Assembly: GCA_963830385.1 (NCBI GenBank)
Contig: CAWHMD010000013.1
Span: 20,626 to 84,625, forward strand
Length of the DNA: 64,000 bases
Reading direction: 5' to 3'
Origin: an uncultured Actinomycetes bacterium
Lineage (GTDB): Bacteria; Actinomycetota; Actinomycetes; Streptosporangiales; Streptosporangiaceae
Position 1 is the first letter of the stretch. Each line of letters begins with the position of its first letter. The notes under the pieces are model-generated. The model made no database searches and was not told the DNA's origin. It worked only from the letters and a program-made list of their open reading frames with translations. Both the position numbers and the translations under genes were made by a program. Shown in pieces: positions 55,067-63,467 of the stretch.

Positions 55067-55096
55067 CCGCCCCTGCCCAGGCCACTCCGGCCCAGG

Positions 55097-55978
55097 TCAC
55101 TCCGGCAGGACCGCCAGCTGCAGCCGGCGGAGCCGGTCCGGGTCGGCGATCACCTCGATGCCGGTGATCTTCCGCTGCTCGCTGACGGTCAGCTTGAGCG
55201 CGATCCGCAGCTGGCCGGCCGGGGCGAACACGATGCCCACGTCCCCGTCGATCAGCGCCAGCCGCGAGGACCCGGCGCGGGCCGAGGCGGCCACCACCGC
55301 GCCCCGGGACACCGCCAGGGCGCCGCGCGCCCGCTCCGGCCTGCCGGCGGGGGCGGCGAACGAGTCGGCGGTCAGCGTCACGTCCTCGTCCAGCACGGCG
55401 ACCAGCGCCGCCAGATCTCCGCCCCGGGACGCGGCCAGGAACGCGGTCGCCGCCTCCCGCTGCCGGGCCAGATCGGCCGCGCGGTCCGGGCTGGGCGCCC
55501 CGCGGACCCGCCGCCGGCCCCGGCTGGCCAGCTGCCGGGCCGCCTCCGGAGTGCGCCCGAGCACGGCCGCGACCTCGGTGAACGGCATGGCGAAGAGGTC
55601 GTGCAGCACGAACGCGAGCCGCTCGGCGGGGGTGAGCGTCTCCAGCACCACGATCAGCGCCAGCCCGACCGAGTCGGCCAGCACCGCCTCGTCCTCGGGG
55701 ACGGCCGCGTCGATCGCCGCCGGCCAGTCGGTGCCGATCGGCTCTTCCGGCCGCCGCCGGCGTGATCGCAGCGTGTTCAGCGCCACCCGGGCCACCACCG
55801 TGGTCAGCCAGCCCCCCAGGTTCTCCACTTCGCTGGTGTCGGCGCTGGTCAGCCGCAGCCAGGCCTCCTGCACGGCGTCGTCGGCGTCGGACATCGAGCC
55901 CAGCAGCCGGTACGCCACCCCGCGCAGGTGGGCGCGGTGCTCCTCGAAGGCGGCGGTCAGCACGTCGGTGTCGTCCAT
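55097..55978 (-). CDS. ECF sigma factor with C-terminal SnoaL-like extension (SigJ-type)
   Basis: Region 2 HLRGVAYRLLGSMSDADDAVQEAWLRL. Region 4 LTPAERLAFVLHDLFAMPFTEVAAVLGRTPEAARQLASRGRRR. An additional C-terminal domain of about 110 aa follows. Confidence 0.8.
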   Translation of the reverse strand: MDDTDVLTAAFEEHRAHLRGVAYRLLGSMSDADDAVQEAWLRLTSADTSEVENLGGWLTTVVARVALNTLRSRRRRPEEPIGTDWPAAIDAAVPEDEAVLADSVGLALIVVLETLTPAERLAFVLHDLFAMPFTEVAAVLGRTPEAARQLASRGRRRVRGAPSPDRAADLARQREAATAFLAASRGGDLAALVAVLDEDVTLTADSFAAPAGRPERARGALAVSRGAVVAASARAGSSRLALIDGDVGIVFAPAGQLRIALKLTVSEQRKITGIEVIADPDRLRRLQLAVLPE

Positions 55979-56145
55979 GGTCACGTCCCTCGTTGCCGGT
56001 GTCACTACCCTGACACCCACTCGCCCGCGAATGTGACGGCCGAGTGACATGAGACACCCGAGCCCGGCCGGGGCAATCCCCTCCGGCCGGCGCTCCGTAG
56101 TACAGGGACGAACAAGCAGTTCACATCGATCATGGAGGTCACTCA

Positions 56146-56658
56146 GTGACGGCGGAATCCGGCGTAGCCCCGCACACCACCCTCGATACCACCCGGCGCG
56201 GCGCCCTGACCGGCCTCGGCGTGGCCGGTGTGGCCGTCGTGGTGGCCGCCTGCGGCGGGGGCAGCAGCGGCTCGTCCGACAGCTCGTCCGGATCCGGCGG
56301 CGCGGCGTCCTCCGGCGACAGCCCGGCCGCTACGGGGGGCAACTCCGCTGCTTCGGGCGGCAGCTCCGCCGGCGAGGCGCTCGGCAGCACCAGCGAGATC
56401 CCGGTCGGCGGGGGGAAGATCTTCACCTCGGCCAAGGTCGTCGTGACCCAGCCCACGGCCGGTGAGTTCAAGGGCTTCAGCGCGATCTGCACCCACCTGG
56501 GGTGCACCGTGGACCAGGTCGCGGACGGCACGATCGACTGCCCCTGCCACGGCAGCAAGTACAGCATCACCGACGCCCAGGTGGTCGCGGGACCGGCGCC
56601 CAAGCCGCTGCCGGCCAAGAAGATCGACGTCGCCAACGGCAAAATCTCGCTCGCCTGA
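56146..56658 (+). CDS. Tat-exported Rieske [2Fe-2S] lipoprotein
   Basis: [23 protein letters not shown] (Tat signal plus lipobox). CTHLGCTV...CPCHGSKY. Confidence 0.8.
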   Translation: MTAESGVAPHTTLDTTRRGALTGLGVAGVAVVVAACGGGSSGSSDSSSGSGGAASSGDSPAATGGNSAASGGSSAGEALGSTSEIPVGGGKIFTSAKVVVTQPTAGEFKGFSAICTHLGCTVDQVADGTIDCPCHGSKYSITDAQVVAGPAPKPLPAKKIDVANGKISLA

Positions 56659-56714
56659 CCAGCCCTGGCCGCCCGGGGATTCCGGGGGTGCGCCGGCTGG
56701 GCCCGCTGGCCGCT

Positions 56715-56921
56715 TCAGCCGTGACGGCGGCCGGACAGCAGACCGACCGCGGCGGTCACCACGGCGGCCGCGCACAGGACCACCCCGGCCCAGAGCAGCG
56801 TGTGCCCCCGGCCGTGCGCGGTGAGCGTGAACACCCCGATCACCAGGAGCAACAGGCACGGCGTGACCCACGTCCGCTCCCGCAGGTACCGCAGCAGTCC
56901 CATCCGCATGCCCTTTCGCAT
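56715..56921 (-). CDS. Possible small two-TM membrane protein
   Basis: 68-aa ORF with two hydrophobic helices. No other support. Confidence 0.3.
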   Translation of the reverse strand: MRKGMRMGLLRYLRERTWVTPCLLLLVIGVFTLTAHGRGHTLLWAGVVLCAAAVVTAAVGLLSGRRHG

Positions 56922-56926
56922 TTCCT

Positions 56927-57301
56927 TCAGTAGCGTACGTCGCTCTCCACCAGCGGCGGGTACACGGTGGAGGCTTCGCCATCGACGGTGGTGCCGGCGA
57001 ACTGGAGCATGGCCCGCTGCACCCCGTGCATCGGGGCCGGGTAGTTCAGCACCGGGGCCGACACCTCGTCCAGCCGCCGGAGCTGCTCCGGGCTGAGCAC
57101 CAGGTCCAGGCCGGCCAGGTTGGTCTCCAGGTGGTCCAGGCGGCGGGCCCCGACGATCGGCACGACGGTCCCCGGCCGGGCCCGCAGCCAGGCCAGCGAC
57201 ACCGTCGCCGGACTGGCGCCGAGCTCGCCGGCGACCGCGGCCACGGCGTCGATGACCGCGTACTCGTCCTCGCTGGGGTCGCCCGTGTGAGCGGTCCGGG
57301 C
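56927..57301 (-). pseudogene. C-terminal remnant of an aldo/keto reductase
   Basis: IDAVAAVAGELGASPATVSLAWLRARPGTVVPIVGARRLDHLETNLAGLDLVLSPEQLRRLDEVS is the conserved AKR C-terminal third. The catalytic N-terminal two thirds are missing. Confidence 0.6.
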
Positions 57302-57334
57302 CGAGTCGGTGACCCGGCGGCCGCGCCGGCGGCC

Positions 57335-57481
57335 GGGCATCTGGTCGGCTACGGCAGCCCCACCCAGTTCAGCCGCGAGTACCGACGCCTGTTCGGTGCC
57401 CCGCCCGGCCAGGACGCCGCCACGCTGCGCGCCGCCATCGCCCCCGAGGCGATCCCCGGCACTGTCCCCCACCTGCCCTGA
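57335..57481 (+). pseudogene. C-terminal remnant of an AraC-family regulator
   Basis: GHLVGYGSPTQFSREYRRLFGAPPGQ is the end of the second AraC HTH. No upstream AraC sequence is present. Confidence 0.5.
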
Positions 57482-57495
57482 CCGGGGCGCGCTGC

Positions 57496-58212
57496 TCAGC
57501 GGCCGCCCAGGATGCAGTCGCCGCAGACGGCTCCGGGCTGGCCGGGGGCGAGCCGGTAGATCAGGCAGCAGCTGGACCGGCGGAACGACGGCCCCGGCGG
57601 GTCGTGCTCGGTACCGAGCGCGGGATGGCGGAAGAACGCCGCGGCCGCGGCCCAGGCGGCCGGGGCCAGCTCAGGCCGGGCGCGGGCGACCTGCCCGGCC
57701 GCGCCGTTGACGGCCGACGCGACGTTACCCCACAGCACCCGAGGTGAGACCGGGGCCAGCGCGGTGGTGGCGACGGTGATCGGCGCGATCACCTCGTCGA
57801 GCAGTTCCGTCGCTCCCGGCGGATGGGCCGGCGCCGCCGGGTCCACCACGGATAGCGGCACCGGGCCGCCCACCGTGTCCTGCCACCACCCGTCGCTCAG
57901 CCGCAGGCCGAGCCGATGCCCGCCGGCCTGTGCGGCCAGAACCGGCGCGACCAGCCGGGCCACCACCCCCAGCTGGGTGACCGAGGCCGCGACCCGCAGC
58001 TCGACGTCCTCCGGGGCACAGCCCGCCTGCCCAGCCAGCGCGGAACGGACCAGTGCGATCCGTCCTCGCAGGACCGGCGCGGCCGTCACGTCGGCGAGGG
58101 GACGCCAGGGCTGCACCGGAACGGCGCCCGGCCGGTGCGCCTCGACCGCGAAGAAGGGCCCGAGTGCCGCCAGTTCGTCCAGGACGTCTGGGTGCGCTCG
58201 GGCCGTTGCCAC
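57496..58212 (-). CDS. FhuF-like (2Fe-2S)-binding / ferric reductase-like protein
   Basis: C-terminal SSCCLIYRLAPGQPGAVCGDCIL (CC..CxxC). GTG 58212 chosen as start. Upstream in-frame sequence belongs to another gene's remnant. Confidence 0.6.
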   Translation of the reverse strand: MATARAHPDVLDELAALGPFFAVEAHRPGAVPVQPWRPLADVTAAPVLRGRIALVRSALAGQAGCAPEDVELRVAASVTQLGVVARLVAPVLAAQAGGHRLGLRLSDGWWQDTVGGPVPLSVVDPAAPAHPPGATELLDEVIAPITVATTALAPVSPRVLWGNVASAVNGAAGQVARARPELAPAAWAAAAAFFRHPALGTEHDPPGPSFRRSSCCLIYRLAPGQPGAVCGDCILGGR

Positions 58213-58455
58213 GCTCAATTGATACCCGGTCCAGCAGGTACCCGAAGACCAGCGCGATCGTCGTCCAGATGAGCAGCTGGCTGAGCAGCGAGTACCAGCG
58301 GAACTTCCACAGCACGTCGGGGTCGAAGCCCGGGTAGACGATCTGCCCGGGGGCGATGGTCTTGCCGCCCGCATGCAGCAGCACCGGCAAGATGTTGCTG
58401 ATCGGCTGCGGCGTCTCGGTGCCAGCGCACCGCGCCCGATGATGCGTACCTCCAT
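58213..58455 (-). pseudogene. cbtA: Truncated cbtA (C-terminal about 65 codons only)
   Basis: Frame of ORF 57725-58522 reads TETPQPISNILPVLLHAGGKTIAPGQIVYPGFDPDVLWKFRWYSLLSQLLIWTTIALVFGYLLDR. This resembles the CbtA C-terminus. Only about 20 codons separate it from the cbtB stop, and the N-terminal TM region is absent. Confidence 0.45.
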
Positions 58456-58476
58456 GTGAACAGGCCCCGGCCCGCG

Positions 58477-58710
58477 TCAGTGGCAGGGGAAGCCGAGGAA
58501 GTGCCGCGAGTCGTGCACCCACTCGTGGATCACCATCGTCTTGCCGAACACCGAGGTCATGCCCTCGTCGACGCCGACGACGTAGTAGATGGCCAGCGCC
58601 AGCAGCACCGTGATACCCAGGATCAGGGCGATCCGGGTGCCGGACAGGGCCTCCGGGGAAACGGTGACCCTCGGCTTGGGGTGGGCACCGGGTGCGGGAA
58701 TCGTCGCCAT
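58477..58710 (-). CDS. cbtB: Cobalt transporter subunit CbtB
   Basis: 77 aa, one TM, C-terminal HEWVHDSRHFLGFPCH signature. AAGGAGG-N8-ATG. Confidence 0.8.
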   Translation of the reverse strand: MATIPAPGAHPKPRVTVSPEALSGTRIALILGITVLLALAIYYVVGVDEGMTSVFGKTMVIHEWVHDSRHFLGFPCH

Positions 58711-58749
58711 GGGGCGATGCCTCCTTAGGGATCGTGCGTCCCTACTCGA

Positions 58750-58900
58750 AAACGGGGCGTCGTGACGGCGAAGTGTCTGACTGACCAGCCTCCATCGGCT
58801 GGCTCACAGTGGCGCGACCGTGCTGGATTTACACCAGCTTCCTCGCGCCGCCACGCAACCCGGACGCTACGTGCAGGTCAGCGCGTCGTCAATGCTTCGG
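58750..58900 (-). promoter_or_regulatory. Cobalamin (B12) riboswitch upstream of cbtB
   Basis: Reverse strand reads GAGGAAGCUGGUGUAAAUCCAGCACGGUCGCGCCACUGUGAGCCAGCCGAUGGAGGCUGGUCAG. It matches the conserved GGUG.AA.UCC...GC.G.CCCGCCACUGU core plus a B12-box-like AGCCAG..GGCUGG. Boundaries approximate. Confidence 0.7.
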
Positions 58901-58962
58901 CGGCTGCCAATACAAAATTTGATTGGATGATCAGATATGTACGCCCGTGCCATAGTGGGCTC

Positions 58963-59307
58963 GTGCATCTGCTTCCGGCTGAGCGGTCCGGTCACCGGGT
59001 CATCGATGAGGAGCGTGTCTGCCAGGCGATCGCCGCCGTCGGCTCGGCCGCGGTGATCAGCGCCCGCGCGCGGGCCTTCGCCACCCTCGGCGATCCGACC
59101 CGGCTCACCCTGCTGATCTGCATCCGGGCGGCCGGCCTGATCAGCGTGTCAGACCTGGCCGCGGCGACCGGCTTCAACGATACGACCGTGTCCCAGGCGC
59201 TGCGTTACCTGCGGGCCACCGAGGTCGTCACCACCGAACGGGACGGCCGGGTGATCCGCTACCGGCTGACCGACAGCCCGGTGGCGGACCTGCTGGCCCA
59301 TATCTGA
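58963..59307 (+). CDS. ArsR/SmtB family metalloregulator
   Basis: FATLGDPTRLTLLICIRAAGLISVSDLAAATGFNDTTVSQALRYLRATEVVTTERDGRVIRYRL. Start is GTG 58963 or ATG 58927. Confidence 0.8.
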   Translation: MHLLPAERSGHRVIDEERVCQAIAAVGSAAVISARARAFATLGDPTRLTLLICIRAAGLISVSDLAAATGFNDTTVSQALRYLRATEVVTTERDGRVIRYRLTDSPVADLLAHI

Positions 59308-59334
59308 TCATCTGCTGAGACTTGACCATGTGCG

Positions 59335-59505
59335 GTCCCGCTCTGTACGTTGCGGGAGGCCCCGGGACGCGCCGGGGCTGGCGGTCAGCCAGCGAAGTCC
59401 GGTGAGAGCCCGGCACTGTCGCGCAACGGTCAAGCCCCGCGGGGGATGAGTCCGGTCGCCTGGCTGACGGCCTGCGAACACCAGTCCTCGCGGAAGGGGC
59501 GGTTT
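59335..59505 (+). promoter_or_regulatory. Probable second cobalamin riboswitch upstream of the NiCoT gene
   Basis: GCGAAGUCCGGUGAGAGCCCGGCACUGUCGCGCAACGGUCAAG is the core. GAGUCCGGUCGCCUGGCU resembles the B12 box AGYCMGG.G.CCKGCC. Boundaries approximate. Confidence 0.6.
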
Positions 59506-59507
59506 CG

Positions 59508-60662
59508 GTGGGTCGTTCTGTGCTTGCCCGCGCCCGGCTGGTTCGTGCCAACCTGGCGGCCCGTGAGTGGGGCCGCCTCGGCGCCATGTTCGCGTTCATC
59601 CTGGCGCTGAACGTCGCGGGCTGGAGCATTTTCGTGCTGTACGTGATGCCGCACCACTTCGACTACAAGGGCGAAGGCGGCAGCAAGGGGCTCGGCGTCG
59701 GGCTGGGCGTGGCCATCACCGCCTGGCTCCTGGGCTTCCGGCACGCGTTCGACGCCGACCACATCTCCTGCATCGACAACACCACCCGGAAGCTGATGGC
59801 CGACGGCAAACGGCCGCTGGGCTCGGGCTTCTTCTTCTCGTTCGGCCACTCCACGGTGATCGTGGCGGTCGGCGTCGGGATCACGATCGCGGCCCGGGCG
59901 GTGTTCGGCGCGGTGGTCAACCCGGACTCGGCCTACGAGACCGCCGGCGGGACGATCGGCACGGCGCTGTCGGCCAGCTTCCTGTACCTGATCGCCGTGC
60001 TCAACCTGATCGTGCTGGCCGGCATCTTCAAGGTGTTCCGGGAGATGCGATCCGGCACCTACGACGAGGAGCAGCTCGAGGCCCAGCTGCAGGCCCGCGG
60101 CCTGATGTACCGGTTCTTCGGCCGGTTCATGAAGTCGATCAACCACACCTGGCAGCTGTACTTCGTCGGCTTGGTCTTCGGCATCGGGTTCGACACCGCC
60201 ACCGAGGTGGTGCTGCTGGCCGCCACCGCCTACGCCGCCATCCAGGGCCTGCCGTACTTCGCCGTGCTGGCGCTGCCGCTCCTGTTCTCGGGCGGCATGA
60301 CGCTGTTCGACACGCTGGACGGGGCGTTCATGAACTTCGCCTACGGCTGGGCGTTCGCCCGCCCGGTCCGCAAGGTGTACTACAACCTGGTCATCACCGC
60401 CCTGTCGATCGGCGCGGCGTTCATCATCGGCACGATCGAGATCCTCGGCATCCTGACCGACGAGGTCCACCTGCACGGCGCGTTCTGGGACCTGATGGCC
60501 AACTTCAACATCAACGTGGCCGGGTTCTGCATCGCCGGGATGTTCGTCCTGGTCTGGGCGGCCGCCCTCATCTACTGGCGGGCCGGCAACGTCGAGGACC
60601 GGTGGTCCGCGGGCATGGCCAGCCGCCAGGCGCCGCCGCCCCCAGTCACTCCGGAAAGCTAA
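59508..60662 (+). CDS. NiCoT (HoxN/HupN/NixA) family nickel/cobalt transporter
   Basis: Signature RHAFDADHISCIDNTTRKLM and FFFSFGHSTVI, with LFDTLDGAFMN. Eight TM helices. Confidence 0.85.
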   Translation: MGRSVLARARLVRANLAAREWGRLGAMFAFILALNVAGWSIFVLYVMPHHFDYKGEGGSKGLGVGLGVAITAWLLGFRHAFDADHISCIDNTTRKLMADGKRPLGSGFFFSFGHSTVIVAVGVGITIAARAVFGAVVNPDSAYETAGGTIGTALSASFLYLIAVLNLIVLAGIFKVFREMRSGTYDEEQLEAQLQARGLMYRFFGRFMKSINHTWQLYFVGLVFGIGFDTATEVVLLAATAYAAIQGLPYFAVLALPLLFSGGMTLFDTLDGAFMNFAYGWAFARPVRKVYYNLVITALSIGAAFIIGTIEILGILTDEVHLHGAFWDLMANFNINVAGFCIAGMFVLVWAAALIYWRAGNVEDRWSAGMASRQAPPPPVTPES

Positions 60663-60700
60663 AGACCGGCGGCCTGCCCCGGTGAGCGGGACCCGGTTCT

Positions 60701-61408
60701 TCAGCCGGTGATGGCGGCGATCAGGCTCACCACCGCCAGGGCGATCATCACCAGCGCCGCCACCCGGACGATCCACTTGAACGGCACCACCCGCAGCAGT
60801 TGCCGGCCGCCCACGATGGCCAGCGCGCCGACCGCCCACAGGCCCAGCACCGCACCGACCCCGACCGCCACCGGGTCGTGGTAGCGGGCGGACAAGTTGG
60901 CCGTGACCAGCTGGGTCAGGTCGCCGAACTCGGCCACAAACAGCACCGCGAAGCTGCGCCAGGCCACCTTCCAGAAGCCGTCCCGGGTCAGCACCCGGGT
61001 CACCGGCCTGGTCAGCGTGGCCACTCCGCCCCGTGGTTCGCTCCCGAACGGACCGCCGGCGGGCGGCTCGTCACCACCCCAGCCGGCGTCACCGGGCTGG
61101 CCGGCCTCGCTCAGGCTCTGGACCTCAAGGTCTTCACCGTCGTCGCGGCGCCGCAGCATCAGGACCGCGCCCAGCGCGAACAGCACCGCCACCACCGCCT
61201 GCACCACCCGGTGCGGCAGCAGGAACAGCAGGCTCCCGGCGCTGACCGCGAGCACCACGTGCAGCAAGAACGCGGCCGCGACCCCGGCGAACACGTAGAT
61301 CGGCCGGTACCGGGTACCGAGAATCAGGCTGGCGAGCGCCGTCTTGTCCGGCAGCTCAGCCACGAACACGACGCCAAACACGGTCGCGAGGATCGCGAGG
61401 TTCAACAC
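60701..61408 (-). CDS. GDT1/TMEM165 (UPF0016) family cation transporter, likely Mn2+ exporter
   Basis: Two copies of the family motif: ELPDKTALASLIL and EFGDLTQLVTANL. An acidic central loop. Start is GTG 61408 or TTG 61405. Confidence 0.8.
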   Translation of the reverse strand: MLNLAILATVFGVVFVAELPDKTALASLILGTRYRPIYVFAGVAAAFLLHVVLAVSAGSLLFLLPHRVVQAVVAVLFALGAVLMLRRRDDGEDLEVQSLSEAGQPGDAGWGGDEPPAGGPFGSEPRGGVATLTRPVTRVLTRDGFWKVAWRSFAVLFVAEFGDLTQLVTANLSARYHDPVAVGVGAVLGLWAVGALAIVGGRQLLRVVPFKWIVRVAALVMIALAVVSLIAAITG

Positions 61409-61459
61409 GGCTCCTGTCGTCTCTGCGCGCGCCTGCCCCCGGCGCGGCAGCATTCACTA

Positions 61460-61570
61460 CCTAGCCGAAGGTCTCGCTCAGCGCATCGACAAACGTCCGC
61501 GCCCCGGGTACCGGGCCCGCAGGCCAGCATGTCGGCATCCCGGCGGAGAGCTACTCCCCCTCGCGTTTTT
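61460..61570 (-). promoter_or_regulatory. yybP-ykoY (Mn2+) riboswitch
   Basis: Reverse strand reads GAGGGGGAGUAGCUCUCCGCCGGGAUGCCGACAUGCUGGCC...GUUUGUCGAUGCGCUGAGCGAGACCUUCGG. The conserved GGGGAGUAG and GAGAGACC-like elements are present, upstream of a UPF0016 gene, a known regulon member. Confidence 0.65.
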
Positions 61571-61727
61571 AACACTAGCGGCTGTCTAAAACTGAGACGA
61601 CCGCTTCGCACCAGATGTAACGGGGTTAACACGCTTGCGCATTCCGGGCCGGGTCGCGGCACGACCGGCGTCGGACCGGCACGACCGGCGTCCTTATGCT
61701 GGGCTGGTGGACGACGAGGGGCGCACC

Positions 61728-62156
61728 GTGGCCGACGGGATGCTCACGGCCCCGGTCCGGCACCCGGTGTCCGCCACCGTCCGCGAGCTACGGCGCTTCT
61801 TCCGCGACGACCACGTGCAGGCCGCGCTGATCGTCAGCCCGGACGGATATCTGCAGGCGGTCGTGGAACGCGACGACATCGCCGGGTGCCGGGCCGCCGA
61901 GACCGCCGCCCCGCTGGGACGGCTGGCCGGCCGCACCGTGCGGCCCGAGGCCGGCCTGGCCGCGATACGCCGGGCCATGATCTCCGCTGGCCGGCGGCGA
62001 GCGGCGGTCACCAGCGCCGACGGCCGGCTGCTGGGGCTGCTGTGCCTCAAGGCCAGCCGGAGCGGATTCTGCTCGGCCGAGGACGTCCGGGCCCGCGCCG
62101 GCGACCAGGCCGTCGAGCAGTCGGCCGGCGAGCAGGCCGGGGCCGTCGTCAGCTGA
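61728..62156 (+). CDS. CBS-pair domain protein
   Basis: MLTAPVRHPVSATVRELRRFFRDDHVQAALIVSPDGYLQAVVERDDI plus a second CBS-like unit RRRAAVTSADGRLLGLLCLK. GAGGGG-N6-GTG. Confidence 0.5.
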   Translation: MADGMLTAPVRHPVSATVRELRRFFRDDHVQAALIVSPDGYLQAVVERDDIAGCRAAETAAPLGRLAGRTVRPEAGLAAIRRAMISAGRRRAAVTSADGRLLGLLCLKASRSGFCSAEDVRARAGDQAVEQSAGEQAGAVVS

Positions 62157-62165
62157 GCGACGTCG

Positions 62166-63392
62166 TCAGCTGAGCGCGAGCGGGTGGTGGATCCGGCCCT
62201 CGGTGTCGGTCAGGGCCTGGCCGCTGCCGCCCCAGCGGAGCTGGATCAGCTCGGCCGCGATCGACACGGCGGTCTCCTCCGGAGTCCGGGCGCCGAGGTC
62301 CAGCCCGATCGGCGACCGCAGGCGGCTCAGCTCGTCCTCGGTCAGGCCGGCCTCGCGCAGCCGCGCCAGCCGGTCGTCGTGGGTGCGGCGGCTGCCCATC
62401 GCGCCGATGTAGGCGGCCGGGGTGCGCAGCGCCACCTCCAGCACCGGCACGTCGAACTTGGGGTCGTGGGTGAGCACGCAGATCACGGTCCTGGCGTCAA
62501 CGGCCACGCCGGCCAGGAACCGGTGCGGCCAGTCGACCACGACCTCGTCCGCGTCCGGGAACCGGGACGCGGTCGCGAACACCGGGCGGGCGTCGCAGAC
62601 GGTGACGTGGTAGCCGAGGAACTTCCCGGCCCGGGCCACCGCCGCGGCGAAGTCGATCGCGCCGAACACCAGCATCCGGGGCGCGGGCGCGAACGAGTTC
62701 ACGAACACAGCCAGCTCGTCACCGAGCCGCTCGCCGCCGGCTCCGTACCGGCGGATACCGGTCAGCCCCTGGGCCAGCATGCCGCGCGCGTCGTCGTCGA
62801 TCGCGGCGTCCAGCCGGGCCGAGCCGAGCGAGCCGGACGCACCCGAGTGCCAGCCGCCGTCACCGTCAGCGTCACCGTAACCGGCGACGTCGGCACCGTC
62901 ACTTGTGTCACGGGCCCAGATGACCCGGCGCGCGCCGACCTGGCCCGGTCCGGAAATCACCGTCGCGACCGCCACCGGCTCGCCGCGCTCGACGGCCACG
63001 GCGATCTCACCGAGCTCGGGGAAGCTGGCCTGGTCGACCCGCTCGACGAAGATGTCGATGATCCCGCCGCAGGTCAGCCCGACCGCGAACGCGTCGTCGT
63101 CGCTGACCCCGTAGGTCTCGAACACCGGCGTGCCGGTCTCGCCCACCTCGAGCGACAGCTCGTAGACGGCGCCCTCCACGCAGCCGCCGGACACGCTGCC
63201 GACAACCTCGTGGTCGCCCGCGCCCGCCACGGCCAGCGCGGCGCCCGGGTCCCGGGGCGCGCTCCGGTACGTGTGCACGACCGTGGCCAGGCTGAATGCG
63301 TCACCCGCATCCCACCACTTGGTGATCCGGCTCAGTATGTCGCGCACGTTTTCGACTGTAGCCCGCCTGCGCCGGGATACCAAAGCGAGCAT
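62166..63392 (-). CDS. XdhC/CoxI family molybdoenzyme maturation factor
   Basis: VRDILSRITKWWDAGDAFSLATVVHTYRSAPRDPGAALAV...GSVSGGCVEGAVY...LTCGGIIDIFVE and a Rossmann-like MLVFGAIDFAAAVA. AGAGG-N8-ATG 63392. The track extension to 63914 is rejected. Confidence 0.8.
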   Translation of the reverse strand: MLALVSRRRRATVENVRDILSRITKWWDAGDAFSLATVVHTYRSAPRDPGAALAVAGAGDHEVVGSVSGGCVEGAVYELSLEVGETGTPVFETYGVSDDDAFAVGLTCGGIIDIFVERVDQASFPELGEIAVAVERGEPVAVATVISGPGQVGARRVIWARDTSDGADVAGYGDADGDGGWHSGASGSLGSARLDAAIDDDARGMLAQGLTGIRRYGAGGERLGDELAVFVNSFAPAPRMLVFGAIDFAAAVARAGKFLGYHVTVCDARPVFATASRFPDADEVVVDWPHRFLAGVAVDARTVICVLTHDPKFDVPVLEVALRTPAAYIGAMGSRRTHDDRLARLREAGLTEDELSRLRSPIGLDLGARTPEETAVSIAAELIQLRWGGSGQALTDTEGRIHHPLALS

Positions 63393-63467
63393 TAAGGCAC
63401 CTCTTAATCCGGCCGTTGACCCGGTCGCCGGCCGGTGCTGGCCCCCGCGCCGGCCAGCCAATACGCT

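Noticed and set aside
57725-58522. 265-aa minus-strand ORF as a single gene
   Set aside because: Only a short stretch (58213-58455) resembles a real protein (the CbtA C-terminus). The rest is an out-of-frame read-through of the FhuF-like gene.
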